Shown one piece after another: positions 8,513-17,171 of a stretch of DNA of 62,446 nt. The notes under the pieces were generated by a model. The model was not told where the DNA came from. It did not search any database and saw only the letters and a list, made by a program, of their open reading frames with translations. Position 1 is the stretch's first letter; each line of letters begins with the position of its first letter. Made by a program: the position numbers and the translations under genes. Source of the DNA: Clostridia bacterium (GTDB taxonomy: Bacteria > Bacillota > Clostridia > Oscillospirales > CAG-272); the NCBI GenBank assembly GCA_017536635.1, contig JAFXHA010000039.1:1-62446 (forward strand), written 5' to 3'.

Positions 8513-10579
8513 ATGAAATGGATATGGACGGATCAGACAGAGGCGCCTTGCTTTGCTGAGTTTAAGCTTCCATTTTCTTATCAAAAGGGGAAGATCGTTT
8601 TGAAGATCAGCGCGGAATACCGTTATATCGCGTATGTTAACGGCGTGTTTGCCTCAAACGGACAGTATCCCGATGTCCCGTGGTATAAGGTGTATGACGA
8701 GATCGACATAACTCATCTCGCTTTGACAGGCGATAATGAGTTGCGTGTATATGCTTTTCATATGGGACTTGACGGTCAGGTGGCATATGCGGATATTCCT
8801 TGCGTGGCTTTTGAGATATATTGTGATGGAGAGCGATTGTGCGGTTCGGACGAGCATACGCTTGCTCGTAGACTTGCGTCATATTCCGCGCCGGATAAAA
8901 CAACGCGTCAGCTGGGATATGGCTTCTCCTATGACTTTACCGCCGAGCAGCTTCCTTGGAATAAAGCTGTTGTTAAGGAAACGGGATACAAAGAGGTTCC
9001 TCGTCCCGTTGCCAAAACAAAGGTAGAAAACGAAGCGCTTGGAATCGTTGGCGCACAGGGCGAATTTATCAAGAATGGCGGAAATACCGCTGCGGAGATA
9101 GTCCAGAACTGTTGGATGAGAACCGTGAATTTTGCGGCTATGACGAACTCTCTCGCGCGCGACAAATATCGCGATCTAAACACTCCGGTAACCTTTGTTA
9201 AAAAGGAGGGTGACGGAGTGTTCATTATCCTTGATCTTGGGCGTAATACCGTGGGCTTCCCTCGGTTCAAGGTCAGCGTTAAGGAGTCTTGCAAGGCGTA
9301 TCTTTGCTGGGGAGAGCACTTGCAGGATCTTCGGATCCGCTCCTATATTGGTGGGCGCAATTTCGCCTACGGCTTGACTTTAAAGGCAGGAGAGAACGAA
9401 TTTACCGAATATTTTCGTCGCATTGGCGGTAGATATATGGGTTTTTATGTCGAGACCGACGAGGTAACTGTTTTTAAGGTCGGCATGCTTGCCGACGAAT
9501 ATCCGCTCAAAAAGCCCGAAAAGGACTTTGGAGACAGATTTCTCAATAAGATATACGAAACCGCGCGAAGAACTATGGAGCTTTGTATACACGATCACTA
9601 CGAGGATTGTCCCTGGCGCGAGCAAGCACTGTATGCAGGCGACAGCAGGATACAGATGATGTTCGGTTACGGGGCGTTTGCCGAGTATGATATGCCGCGC
9701 GAGAGTATTCGTATGATGGCTCTTTGCTCTGAGGACGACGGTCTTATCCCAATGTGCGCTCCGTCGCGATTGACCTTTAATATAACAGCAGGATCTTTTC
9801 CGTGGATAACCTCTCTATGTGACTATGTTGAGCATTCGGGAGATGCAACGTTTTTTGGCGAGATGCTACCGTACGTCGAGAGCATAATGAAAACTTTTGA
9901 AAAGCATACCACCGATCAAGGCATTATGCTTTTCGGAGAGCCGAGATATTGGAATTTCCACGAGTGGTCGGATGGGCTGACAGGCCCGCTTAACGGGAAA
10001 ATATGGCGAGATGAGTATATCAAGCCCGAGCCGGACGGCGCGCTTACCGCATATGGACTTTTTGCGACGACAAAGCTTGTTGAGGTCTTGAGAAGGATAG
10101 GCGATACTGAGAGGGCAGAGAAGTATAATAACTATCGCAAGCGCTTGACAGACGGAATAGCGGCATTTTATGACGAGAAAAAAGGCTTGTACCGTAGCTA
10201 TATTGACCGAGAGCAGTATCATAACTATACCAACGCTATTATTTTGGCGTCGGGTGTCGTTACCGATAAAAAGTGTATAGAAAATATATGTGCCGCGCTG
10301 AAAGATCCTCAAAAGCACGGCGTGATAGAGATGAATCTCGCGTATTATTCCTTTAAATATGACGTTCTTATCAAATACGACGAAAATGGTCTTGATTTTG
10401 CAATAAACGAGATCTGCGATATTTTCGGCGGTATGCTGCTTGAGGGCAGTACGTCATTCTGGGAGACGACCAAGGGTGAATTGGACTTCAATAACGCAGG
10501 TAGCCTTTGCCACGGCTGGTCAGCCGTTGCTTGCTATGTGTTGGATAAATATTATCAGCCTCGCCGAAATAAAGAATAA
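8513..10579 (+). CDS. Alpha-L-rhamnosidase-like glycoside hydrolase (GH78)
   Basis: YEDCPWREQALYAGD, GSTSFWE and SLCHGWSA motifs. Start moved to ATG 8513 behind GGAGG. Confidence 0.85.
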   Translation: MKWIWTDQTEAPCFAEFKLPFSYQKGKIVLKISAEYRYIAYVNGVFASNGQYPDVPWYKVYDEIDITHLALTGDNELRVYAFHMGLDGQVAYADIPCVAFEIYCDGERLCGSDEHTLARRLASYSAPDKTTRQLGYGFSYDFTAEQLPWNKAVVKETGYKEVPRPVAKTKVENEALGIVGAQGEFIKNGGNTAAEIVQNCWMRTVNFAAMTNSLARDKYRDLNTPVTFVKKEGDGVFIILDLGRNTVGFPRFKVSVKESCKAYLCWGEHLQDLRIRSYIGGRNFAYGLTLKAGENEFTEYFRRIGGRYMGFYVETDEVTVFKVGMLADEYPLKKPEKDFGDRFLNKIYETARRTMELCIHDHYEDCPWREQALYAGDSRIQMMFGYGAFAEYDMPRESIRMMALCSEDDGLIPMCAPSRLTFNITAGSFPWITSLCDYVEHSGDATFFGEMLPYVESIMKTFEKHTTDQGIMLFGEPRYWNFHEWSDGLTGPLNGKIWRDEYIKPEPDGALTAYGLFATTKLVEVLRRIGDTERAEKYNNYRKRLTDGIAAFYDEKKGLYRSYIDREQYHNYTNAIILASGVVTDKKCIENICAALKDPQKHGVIEMNLAYYSFKYDVLIKYDENGLDFAINEICDIFGGMLLEGSTSFWETTKGELDFNNAGSLCHGWSAVACYVLDKYYQPRRNKE

Positions 10580-10580
10580 A

Positions 10581-10606
10581 ATAACGGACGGGGAATCCCG
10601 TCCGTT
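10581..10606. repeat. Terminator hairpin, direct repeat copy 1 (26 bp)
   Basis: ATAACGGACGGGGAATCCCGTCCGTT, identical to 12004-12029. Confidence 0.9.
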
Positions 10607-10609
10607 TGC

Positions 10610-10810
10610 TTATTCAAAAAAATCGTTCACGCTGCACGAGAGTAGCTCGGCAACGTCGGGCAGAAGGGTAATGTCGGGGTAACATTCCTTTCTTTCCCAT
10701 TTTGATATCGCCTGCGCGGAAACGCCCAAGAGCTTTCCGAAATCCTCTTGAGTTAAGCGGTTCCGATATCGATATTCCTTTATCTTTTCCGAGATACTTA
10801 TATTTTTCAT
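10610..10810 (-). CDS. XRE-family HTH regulator
   Basis: LTQEDFGKLLGVSAQAISKWER..YPDI. Confidence 0.85.
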   Translation of the reverse strand: MKNISISEKIKEYRYRNRLTQEDFGKLLGVSAQAISKWERKECYPDITLLPDVAELLSCSVNDFFE

Positions 10811-10811
10811 T

Positions 10812-11342
10812 TTATATCAACCAATATATTTCCTTTTCGCGCGCCATAATACCGCAAGCGATCATCTCGCGACGAATGGTACAGTGATCCTCATGAAATC
10901 GGTGAATTATATCGTTTACCTCTTTCTCACCATATTTTCGGCCCTTCTCAAGTTGCTTGGCTATCTCTTCAAGTACGATCTCACGCTTTTTTCTCTGTGT
11001 GGGGAGCTGTGTCAGCTTCCCGTATTTGAAGAAATTTGATATGACCTCTTTTTTATATTTTTCCTCGGTGTCAATTATGGGATCGTCTTTTTTTATCAGC
11101 TCGTAAAGCGGCTTTTCAAAGATATCACGGTTTAGGGAATAGATAATGTAGAACTGCGAGCGAGTGCAGTTTACAACGCCCGCCGATTCCATTTTCTTGA
11201 GGTGATAACAAATGGTTGCAGGGGTAAGCGAAAGCTCGCAGGCGATCTTTTCAACGTAGGAATCCTCTTTCAAAAGAATGTTGAGAATTTCAAGACGGGT
11301 TTCATCGGCGAGGAGCTTTAAAAGTTCAAGTTTTTCTTTCAT
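10812..11342 (-). CDS. ArsR-family regulator with a C-terminal DUF2087-like domain
   Basis: LADETRLEIL...LTPATICYHLKKM HTH, then LPTQRKKR...YGEKEVN...DHCTIRR. Start at MKEKL. Confidence 0.8.
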   Translation of the reverse strand: MKEKLELLKLLADETRLEILNILLKEDSYVEKIACELSLTPATICYHLKKMESAGVVNCTRSQFYIIYSLNRDIFEKPLYELIKKDDPIIDTEEKYKKEVISNFFKYGKLTQLPTQRKKREIVLEEIAKQLEKGRKYGEKEVNDIIHRFHEDHCTIRREMIACGIMAREKEIYWLI

Positions 11343-11872
11343 ACGATCACTTCCTTTCGCCTTTGCCAAGCCTCATTCAGACATTCTTTGGCAAATTTTA
11401 ATCCGCCAATGCGCTCCTCAAGCTCGACCTTTTCCCAATCTGTTGCATTCTGAATTTTTTCATTAAGTTTTGCAAGCTCTCTTTCAGCAAATGCCAACAT
11501 CGAATAATATAAGCTGTAATCAGGCTTTTCGTTGGCGGGAGCAGACCCATACAAAGTTAAATATTCGTCGTATTCTTTGAAAATTTCATCAAAATGTTGA
11601 AGCAAATAATGTGAGTATTCGAGGTTGTGCAATTTCCTGAAACGATTAATATTACAAAGAATGCTATGAACCAACGATACAGAAGCATAGCGATATTTAG
11701 TGCACTTATACTCTACAATACGTTTCTTTTTCTGACAGGTATCTTTATCGAGTGCGTCTGTAAAATCGCAAAGTCGTTTGTTTTCCTTGTTCAGCAATTC
11801 TGTCGATATAAGAAAAAATACCGAATCACCTATTACTTTTCCGTTTGATATGTAAATCGAATATTCATTCAT
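11339..11872 (-). CDS. Hypothetical protein
   Basis: 177-aa AT-rich ORF overlapping the start of the ArsR gene. Confidence 0.6.
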   Translation of the reverse strand: MNEYSIYISNGKVIGDSVFFLISTELLNKENKRLCDFTDALDKDTCQKKKRIVEYKCTKYRYASVSLVHSILCNINRFRKLHNLEYSHYLLQHFDEIFKEYDEYLTLYGSAPANEKPDYSLYYSMLAFAERELAKLNEKIQNATDWEKVELEERIGGLKFAKECLNEAWQRRKEVIV

Positions 11873-12003
11873 AATGTAAAATATCCACCTTTCTGTCTTT
11901 ATTAACTATACTGATATTATACCCATCTAATCACTTGTTGTCAATACTGATTCGATATATTTCTAATCATTCTACCAATGGTAGAATTTTTAAATGAAAA
12001 TGC

Positions 12004-12029
12004 ATAACGGACGGGGAATCCCGTCCGTT
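12004..12029. repeat. Terminator hairpin, direct repeat copy 2
   Basis: Identical to 10581-10606; lies downstream of rpe. Confidence 0.9.
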
Positions 12030-12051
12030 GATTTGTTTTTTATAAAAATAG

Positions 12052-12702
12052 TTACCCCAACGCCTTTATCTTCTCGATAACAGCCTTCGGGTCGTCGGCT
12101 CTGAATATTGCCGAGCCTGCGACGATAACGTTTGCGCCCGCGTCGATCACCTGGGGAGCGTTTTCGGGTGTGATTCCACCGTCTACCTCGATGTTGACCG
12201 AGAGACCGTTCTTTTCTATATGATCGCGGAGCACGCGTACCTTGGCGACCATCTCTGGAATCATCTTCTGACCGCCAAAGCCGGGCTCGACCGTCATAAC
12301 GAGCACCATATCGAGCTCGTTCATCATATCAAAGAGCACCTCGGGGGGAGTTTCCGGTTTGATAGAGACGCAGGGAGATACGCCCTTTGAGCGAATGTAT
12401 CTTACGACCTCAAGGGGATTTTCGCAGCTCTCGTAATGTATAGTGATGATATCCGCGCCCGCCTTTACGTAATCGTCTATATAACGTATCGGATCGGTTA
12501 TCATAAGATGGACATCGAAAACGACCTCACTCTTTTTGCGCAGAGAGGATATTACGGGCGGTCCAAAGCTGATATTTGGAACGAATATACCGTCCATAAC
12601 GTCAAGGTGTATGTACTGCGCACCTGCCTTTGCGACCTTGTCAAGCTCTGCGCCGAGCACGGAGAAATCGGCGGCAAGCACCGAGGGGGAAATGATTATC
12701 AT
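12052..12702 (-). CDS. rpe: Ribulose-phosphate 3-epimerase
   Basis: ISPSVLAADF, HLDVMDG.FVPN, MTVEPGFGGQ and EVDGGI motifs. Confidence 0.95.
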   Translation of the reverse strand: MIIISPSVLAADFSVLGAELDKVAKAGAQYIHLDVMDGIFVPNISFGPPVISSLRKKSEVVFDVHLMITDPIRYIDDYVKAGADIITIHYESCENPLEVVRYIRSKGVSPCVSIKPETPPEVLFDMMNELDMVLVMTVEPGFGGQKMIPEMVAKVRVLRDHIEKNGLSVNIEVDGGITPENAPQVIDAGANVIVAGSAIFRADDPKAVIEKIKALG

Positions 12703-12789
12703 AGTGGTTTCCTTTCGTGAGTTTGTTATTTTATCCTTCCCCAAAGGGGAAGGCTTTATAGATCTTTTTTAAACTCTTAAACCATTTGC

Positions 12790-12916
12790 GCATATAATGA
12801 TAAAGTAATGCGTAAGGTTCGCGCGGGCTGTGTGTCCTCGGAGGTGAAATGACAATGAAGTGAGCAGACAACGCGCACAGCTCTGCGCTGTCGGGGCGAC
12901 CTGGGTCGCCCTTTTT
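12790..12916 (+). ncRNA. Candidate small structured RNA or minigene
   Basis: CATATAAT -10-like box, a stem (12821-12834 with 12874-12888) enclosing GGAGGTG...ATGAAGTGA, and a terminator at 12894-12916. Confidence 0.35.
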
Positions 12917-12925
12917 ATATTGTGA

Positions 12926-13402
12926 TTATATCGACTCTATAAGGCAAACGGCGTGCGCGGCGATTCCGAGCTTTTCACCCGTAAAGCCGAGCTTTTCCTC
13001 GGTCGTTGCCTTGACGCTTACCGCAGAGATGTCAAGCTCAAGCACTCTCGCGATGTTCGAGCGCATCTTTAGAATATGAGGCGCGAGCTTCGGCTCTTGG
13101 GCAAGTATCGTGGAATCTATATTGACTATTCTGTATCCCGCGCGCTCCAGATGAACTCCCACGCGCTTGAGGAGCATAAGGCTGTTAGCACCCTCGAATT
13201 TTTTATCTGTATCGGGGAAAAGCTTGCCTATATCTCCGAGCGCCGCCGCACCGAGCAGAGCATCGGAAATAGCGTGCAGCAGCACGTCGGCATCAGAATG
13301 TCCGAGAAGCCCGAGAGAATGGGGAATATCCACTCCGCCGATGATGAGTTTTCTGCCCTCGACGAGCCTGTGGACGTCGTATCCGTGGCCTATTCTTATC
13401 AT
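12926..13402 (-). CDS. ispF: 2-C-methyl-D-erythritol 2,4-cyclodiphosphate synthase
   Basis: [16 protein letters not shown] and [10 protein letters not shown] motifs. Confidence 0.97.
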   Translation of the reverse strand: MIRIGHGYDVHRLVEGRKLIIGGVDIPHSLGLLGHSDADVLLHAISDALLGAAALGDIGKLFPDTDKKFEGANSLMLLKRVGVHLERAGYRIVNIDSTILAQEPKLAPHILKMRSNIARVLELDISAVSVKATTEEKLGFTGEKLGIAAHAVCLIESI

Positions 13403-14160
13403 TTGGTCTCCTCCGAAAGTCTCTTTGATATTATCGCTCTGGCGACCTCGATATCCTCTTTTTCGGTTATCTTGATGTTAAGCGCGCTGCATTCCACAAG
13501 GCGCACAGCATGTCCGACCTCTTCAACGAGCGAGTTATCGTCTGTTGCCTCAAATCCCTTTTTGAGCGCAGTGTAAGCCGCCGCGCGATAGAGATTGGTC
13601 TTGAATACCTGCGGCGTCTGTGCAAGCCAGACGGTTTTTCTGTCGGCGGTCGAGCCGATAAATCCCTTTTTATCGGCTATCTTCACCGTATCGCTTGAAC
13701 GGTGCGCCGCTGTTGCCGCATTATACTTGTATGCCGAGCGGCAGACGGTATTTATCTGATCGGGTGTAATGAGGCATCTTGCGCCGTCGGCGATCGCGAT
13801 AAATTTGGAATCTGTGCTTACAGCATCAAGTCCGAGCCGTACCGATTCCTGACGCGTCGAGCCGCCAACGATTATCTTTGATACCTTTGAGATGTCGTTT
13901 TCCTTGCAGAGAAGCTCCCAGAAGGGAATTTCTTCCTCTCTTGCAACGATTATTATTTCGTGTATACACTCGGCGTCCTGGTAAGCCTTCAGCGTGTAAT
14001 ATAGCATCGGCTTTGAGCATATTTCGGTCATCTGCTTTGTGGTCTCTCCGCCAAAGCGAGTGGAAAGACCTGCGGCAGCAATAACCGCCGAGGTGTAATT
14101 TTTAGGATGCGGAGAGCCGCTTATTGCGCGCAAAATTCCCGCTATCTTATCAACGCTCAT
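13399..14160 (-). CDS. ispD: 2-C-methyl-D-erythritol 4-phosphate cytidylyltransferase
   Basis: [29 protein letters not shown] and NIKIT motifs. Confidence 0.93.
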   Translation of the reverse strand: MSVDKIAGILRAISGSPHPKNYTSAVIAAAGLSTRFGGETTKQMTEICSKPMLYYTLKAYQDAECIHEIIIVAREEEIPFWELLCKENDISKVSKIIVGGSTRQESVRLGLDAVSTDSKFIAIADGARCLITPDQINTVCRSAYKYNAATAAHRSSDTVKIADKKGFIGSTADRKTVWLAQTPQVFKTNLYRAAAYTALKKGFEATDDNSLVEEVGHAVRLVECSALNIKITEKEDIEVARAIISKRLSEETK

Positions 14161-14186
14161 TTAAGATCCTCCGTGGAAGGTTATTA

Positions 14187-14636
14187 TTAAAGGTTGCTGT
14201 CCTCGATATCACCAAGCATTGCAACACGTACTACGTGGTTGCCGTTATTGAGATAAGTTGCACCAAGGAATGCGTCAACAAGATCGAGCGCAAGTCCGGC
14301 GCCTACGACTCTTTCGCCAAAGCAAAGGACGTTAGCGTCGTTATGCTCGCGTGTAAGTCTTGCGGAGAAGGTATCCGAGCAGCAAGCCGCACGAATGCCC
14401 TTGTGCTTGTTAGCCGCCATAGACATTCCTATTCCCGTACCGCAGATAAGGATTCCAAGCTCAGCCTCTCCTGCGAGTATTTTTTTGCAGAGAGCATCTG
14501 CGAAAAGGGGATAGTGGCAGGATGCGGTGGAGTTTGTTCCTACGTCAATTACCTCGTGTCCCTTGGCGGTAATGTGGTCGATAACAAGATTTTTGAGCCC
14601 GAAGCCCGCGTGGTCGCAACCGATTACGATTTTCAT
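14187..14636 (-). CDS. rpiB: Ribose 5-phosphate isomerase B
   Basis: GCDHAG, CGTGIGMSMAANK and HNDANVL motifs. Confidence 0.95.
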   Translation of the reverse strand: MKIVIGCDHAGFGLKNLVIDHITAKGHEVIDVGTNSTASCHYPLFADALCKKILAGEAELGILICGTGIGMSMAANKHKGIRAACCSDTFSARLTREHNDANVLCFGERVVGAGLALDLVDAFLGATYLNNGNHVVRVAMLGDIEDSNL

Positions 14637-14657
14637 TTTGTACCTCTTTTATGTTTT

Positions 14658-15371
14658 TTAATTATTTTTATTTTCAGAAGTTTTTTGTTTTTCCTTCAGC
14701 TCGCGTTCAGCCTGAGAGGGACGAAGATAGGTTACCTTCAGTCCTGCGTCGTCGGAGTACTCGCCCGCCTCGTATTTGCGAAGCGCTACCTCCGCGACGG
14801 ATGCTGCCGATTGATATCGCAGGCGCAGAGGAGTATCCTTTGCGCGTGTTTTGGTGAGTGCCTCAAGGGTTATGTCGTATCCGTCTCCGCAAAAGCTTAC
14901 GGGCGCGCCGTATTTTGAGAGCATTTCGTCAAGCTCTGAGATGGACATTGCCTCGTCCTCGGTAACGCGCTTTATCGATTGACCGTCGGATATAAAGAGC
15001 GCGGTGTATACCTGTGAGCGACGCGCGTTCATAACCGGGCAGATAAGACCGCCGCAGCATTTGAGGTTTTCGGCAAGCGCCTCAAGCGTAGATACACCTA
15101 CGCAGGGCTTGTCCGATGCGAACGCGAGGCCCTTGAGCGTGGCAACTCCTATCCTTACGCCCGTAAAGGATCCGGGGCCGCAGGAGCAGGCGAAGAGATC
15201 TATGTCTGATACATTAAGACCTGCCGTGGCGAGCGCGTCCTCTATCATCGGGAGAATCGTCTCGCTGTGAGTGTTTCCGTTATTTGTCATTTGCTCCGCC
15301 AGAAGCTTGTCGCCGTCAAGAAGTGCTACGGTGGCAACGGTAGCGGACGTGTCAAGAGAAAGTATTTTCAT
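14658..15371 (-). CDS. tsaB: tRNA threonylcarbamoyladenosine biosynthesis protein TsaB
   Basis: LDTS, HSETILPMI, GPGSFTGVRIG and YLRPSQAERE motifs. Confidence 0.95.
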   Translation of the reverse strand: MKILSLDTSATVATVALLDGDKLLAEQMTNNGNTHSETILPMIEDALATAGLNVSDIDLFACSCGPGSFTGVRIGVATLKGLAFASDKPCVGVSTLEALAENLKCCGGLICPVMNARRSQVYTALFISDGQSIKRVTEDEAMSISELDEMLSKYGAPVSFCGDGYDITLEALTKTRAKDTPLRLRYQSAASVAEVALRKYEAGEYSDDAGLKVTYLRPSQAERELKEKQKTSENKNN

Positions 15372-15389
15372 TTTTTGCTTTGTGTCCTC

Positions 15390-15842
15390 TTATTTTATTA
15401 CCGATATCCGTATCTCTCGGCTGTCGGGATCGCTCGTGTTGTTTTTTATTATCTCTACGCGAACGTAGCTGTCGGGCAGAGAATGCTCTATATTTTCACT
15501 CCACTCGGTGATGCAGAGATTTTTACCGTTCAGATAGTCGTAAAAGCCGATAGAGTAAAGGTCGTCCTCGTCTTCGATTCGGTACATATCGAAATGGCAG
15601 ATCTTTACCTTTTCGCCGACGTATTCGTTTACAAGCGCAAAGGTAGGAGATTTTACCTTAGCCGCAGGAATGGCGAAATGCGTGAATCCGCGCGTGAATG
15701 CGGTCTTGCCGACGCCGAGATCTCCGTAAAGCGCAACGAAGCGCGGTAGGGTTGCATCCGAGATCAGAGCCTGCGCGAGCGAGGCGCCTATATGTTCAGT
15801 CTGCTCGGTAGAGCTTGAGTTAAGTATCTTTTCCAAGGTCAT
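15390..15842 (-). CDS. tsaE: tRNA threonylcarbamoyladenosine biosynthesis ATPase TsaE
   Basis: GDLGVGKT, SPTFALVNEY, HFDMYR and EW motifs. Confidence 0.95.
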   Translation of the reverse strand: MTLEKILNSSSTEQTEHIGASLAQALISDATLPRFVALYGDLGVGKTAFTRGFTHFAIPAAKVKSPTFALVNEYVGEKVKICHFDMYRIEDEDDLYSIGFYDYLNGKNLCITEWSENIEHSLPDSYVRVEIIKNNTSDPDSREIRISVIK

Positions 15843-15949
15843 AAGCCCCTTAAATAAATAATTTTACATTATAAGTATAACATAAAAGCGACGATATGTA
15901 AAGTTTTTAAATGAATTTTTTGACTTTTTAAAATAAAAAACGGCATCTG

Positions 15950-16468
15950 TCAAGCAGATGCCGTTTCATCATTATGTTTCTTTGCACATTTTGCGCGATA
16001 TATAACGAATGCCGCGAAAAATACAGATATTCCTATCAGTGCGCCGAGAACGTCGAGCAGGGCGTCGGAGACCTGCGGTGCGCGTCCCTCTGAGCCGAAT
16101 TGCAGAAACTCGTCGATGATCGCGACGGCTGTGCATACGGCTGCGGCGGGGATAAGCTTAAGCACGGTACGAAGCGGAGAATAGCTGCGGTCAACTCGAA
16201 GCAGAAGCGCGAGCGCAAGCGAGAGAAATACTCCGAGAAGCGCAAACTCCGCAATATGCGCGAGATTACGCACAAGTGCGTGGGATACGTGATTTTTGAA
16301 TCCGAGCGCATCGGTAACGTCGTTTACCAGCTCGTAGACCGACGAGCTCTGCTCGCTTGATTCTGCACCGTTTTTGAGCGAGTTTGAAAAAATAAAGACA
16401 ACGCACACCAAAGCGAGCGTCAAAGATATTATGAGAAGTACAAGTCTTTTCGTGTTAAAGAATGTCAA
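15950..16468 (-). CDS. VanZ-family membrane protein
   Basis: RNLAHIAEFALLG and DEFLQ...GRAPQVSDALLD motifs. TTG start behind GGAGG. Confidence 0.85.
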   Translation of the reverse strand: MTFFNTKRLVLLIISLTLALVCVVFIFSNSLKNGAESSEQSSSVYELVNDVTDALGFKNHVSHALVRNLAHIAEFALLGVFLSLALALLLRVDRSYSPLRTVLKLIPAAAVCTAVAIIDEFLQFGSEGRAPQVSDALLDVLGALIGISVFFAAFVIYRAKCAKKHNDETASA

Positions 16469-16630
16469 AGAAAAAACCTCCGTTAAATTTTCAATTCGGT
16501 ATTGAAAAATAATCAATTTCGTGGTACAATATATTAGCAAATCGGGTTGCATAAGATTATTTTATCAAAAACAGGGAAAAATAGCAACACTTATCTGCAA
16601 AAAAGAAAGTAACATTTTAATGAATACCAC

Positions 16631-16705
16631 GCCTGCATAGTTAAATGGATATAACAAACCCCTCCTAAGGGTTAGTTATGGGTTCGATTCCCGTTGCGGG
16701 TGCCA
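16631..16705 (+). tRNA. tRNA-Arg(CCT)
   Basis: Cloverleaf: GCCTGCA/TGCGGGT acceptor, AACCC-CTCCTAA-GGGTT anticodon arm, GGTTCGATTCC T arm, encoded CCA. Confidence 0.95.
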
Positions 16706-16710
16706 TTGGA

Positions 16711-16872
16711 AAAGGGGCTCAACCGAGCCCCTTTTCCAATGGCACATGCACGGCGAACCCATCTCTGCAAGTGAAGCGCAGCAGATGTGGGTTCGCATCT
16801 TGCGAGTAAAGCCGACCTGAGCTTGCTCAAGGTCGCTACGAGCAAAGATATTCGCCGAAGGCGAAATTCCCG
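16711..16872 (+). repeat. tRNA-linked tandem repeat, copy 1 (period 167 bp)
   Basis: Terminator hairpin, inverted tRNA 3' end, hairpin and split T-arm; near-identical to 16878-17039. Confidence 0.95.
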
Positions 16873-16877
16873 TTTTT

Positions 16878-17039
16878 AAAGGGGCTCAACCGAGCCCCTT
16901 TTCCAATGGCACCCGCACGGCGACCCCATCTCTGCAAGCGAAGCGCAGCAGATGTGGGTTCGCATCTTGCGAGTAAAGCCGACCTGAGCTTGCTCGAGGT
17001 CGCTACGAGCAAAGATATTCGCCGAAGGCGAAATTCCCG
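16878..17039 (+). repeat. tRNA-linked tandem repeat, copy 2
   Basis: Near-identical to copy 1. Contains CCAATGGCACCCGCA, the reverse complement of the tRNA 3' end and its flank. Confidence 0.95.
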
Positions 17040-17050
17040 CAATGCTTGCC

Positions 17051-17083
17051 AAAAAGCCGAGCACACAGTCGCTCGGCTTTTTT
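17051..17083 (+). terminator. Intrinsic terminator
   Basis: AAAAAGCCGAGC-ACACAGTC-GCTCGGCTTTTTT, preceded by GCCA. Confidence 0.8.
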
Positions 17084-17108
17084 ATTACCTCATATTTCCA
17101 TAATAGTC

Positions 17109-17137
17109 TTGACACGTGTAGAAAAAAGGTATATAAT
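17109..17137 (+). promoter_or_regulatory. Sigma-A promoter
   Basis: TTGACA-17-TATAAT. Confidence 0.75.
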
Positions 17138-17171
17138 GTCATTATAACAAAAAACCATGTGAGGTATAGCT

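Noticed and set aside
16788-16872. Split T-arm as a group I or BHB intron in a tRNA
   Set aside because: The insert is only about 70 nt with no catalytic core, and no 5' tRNA half precedes it.
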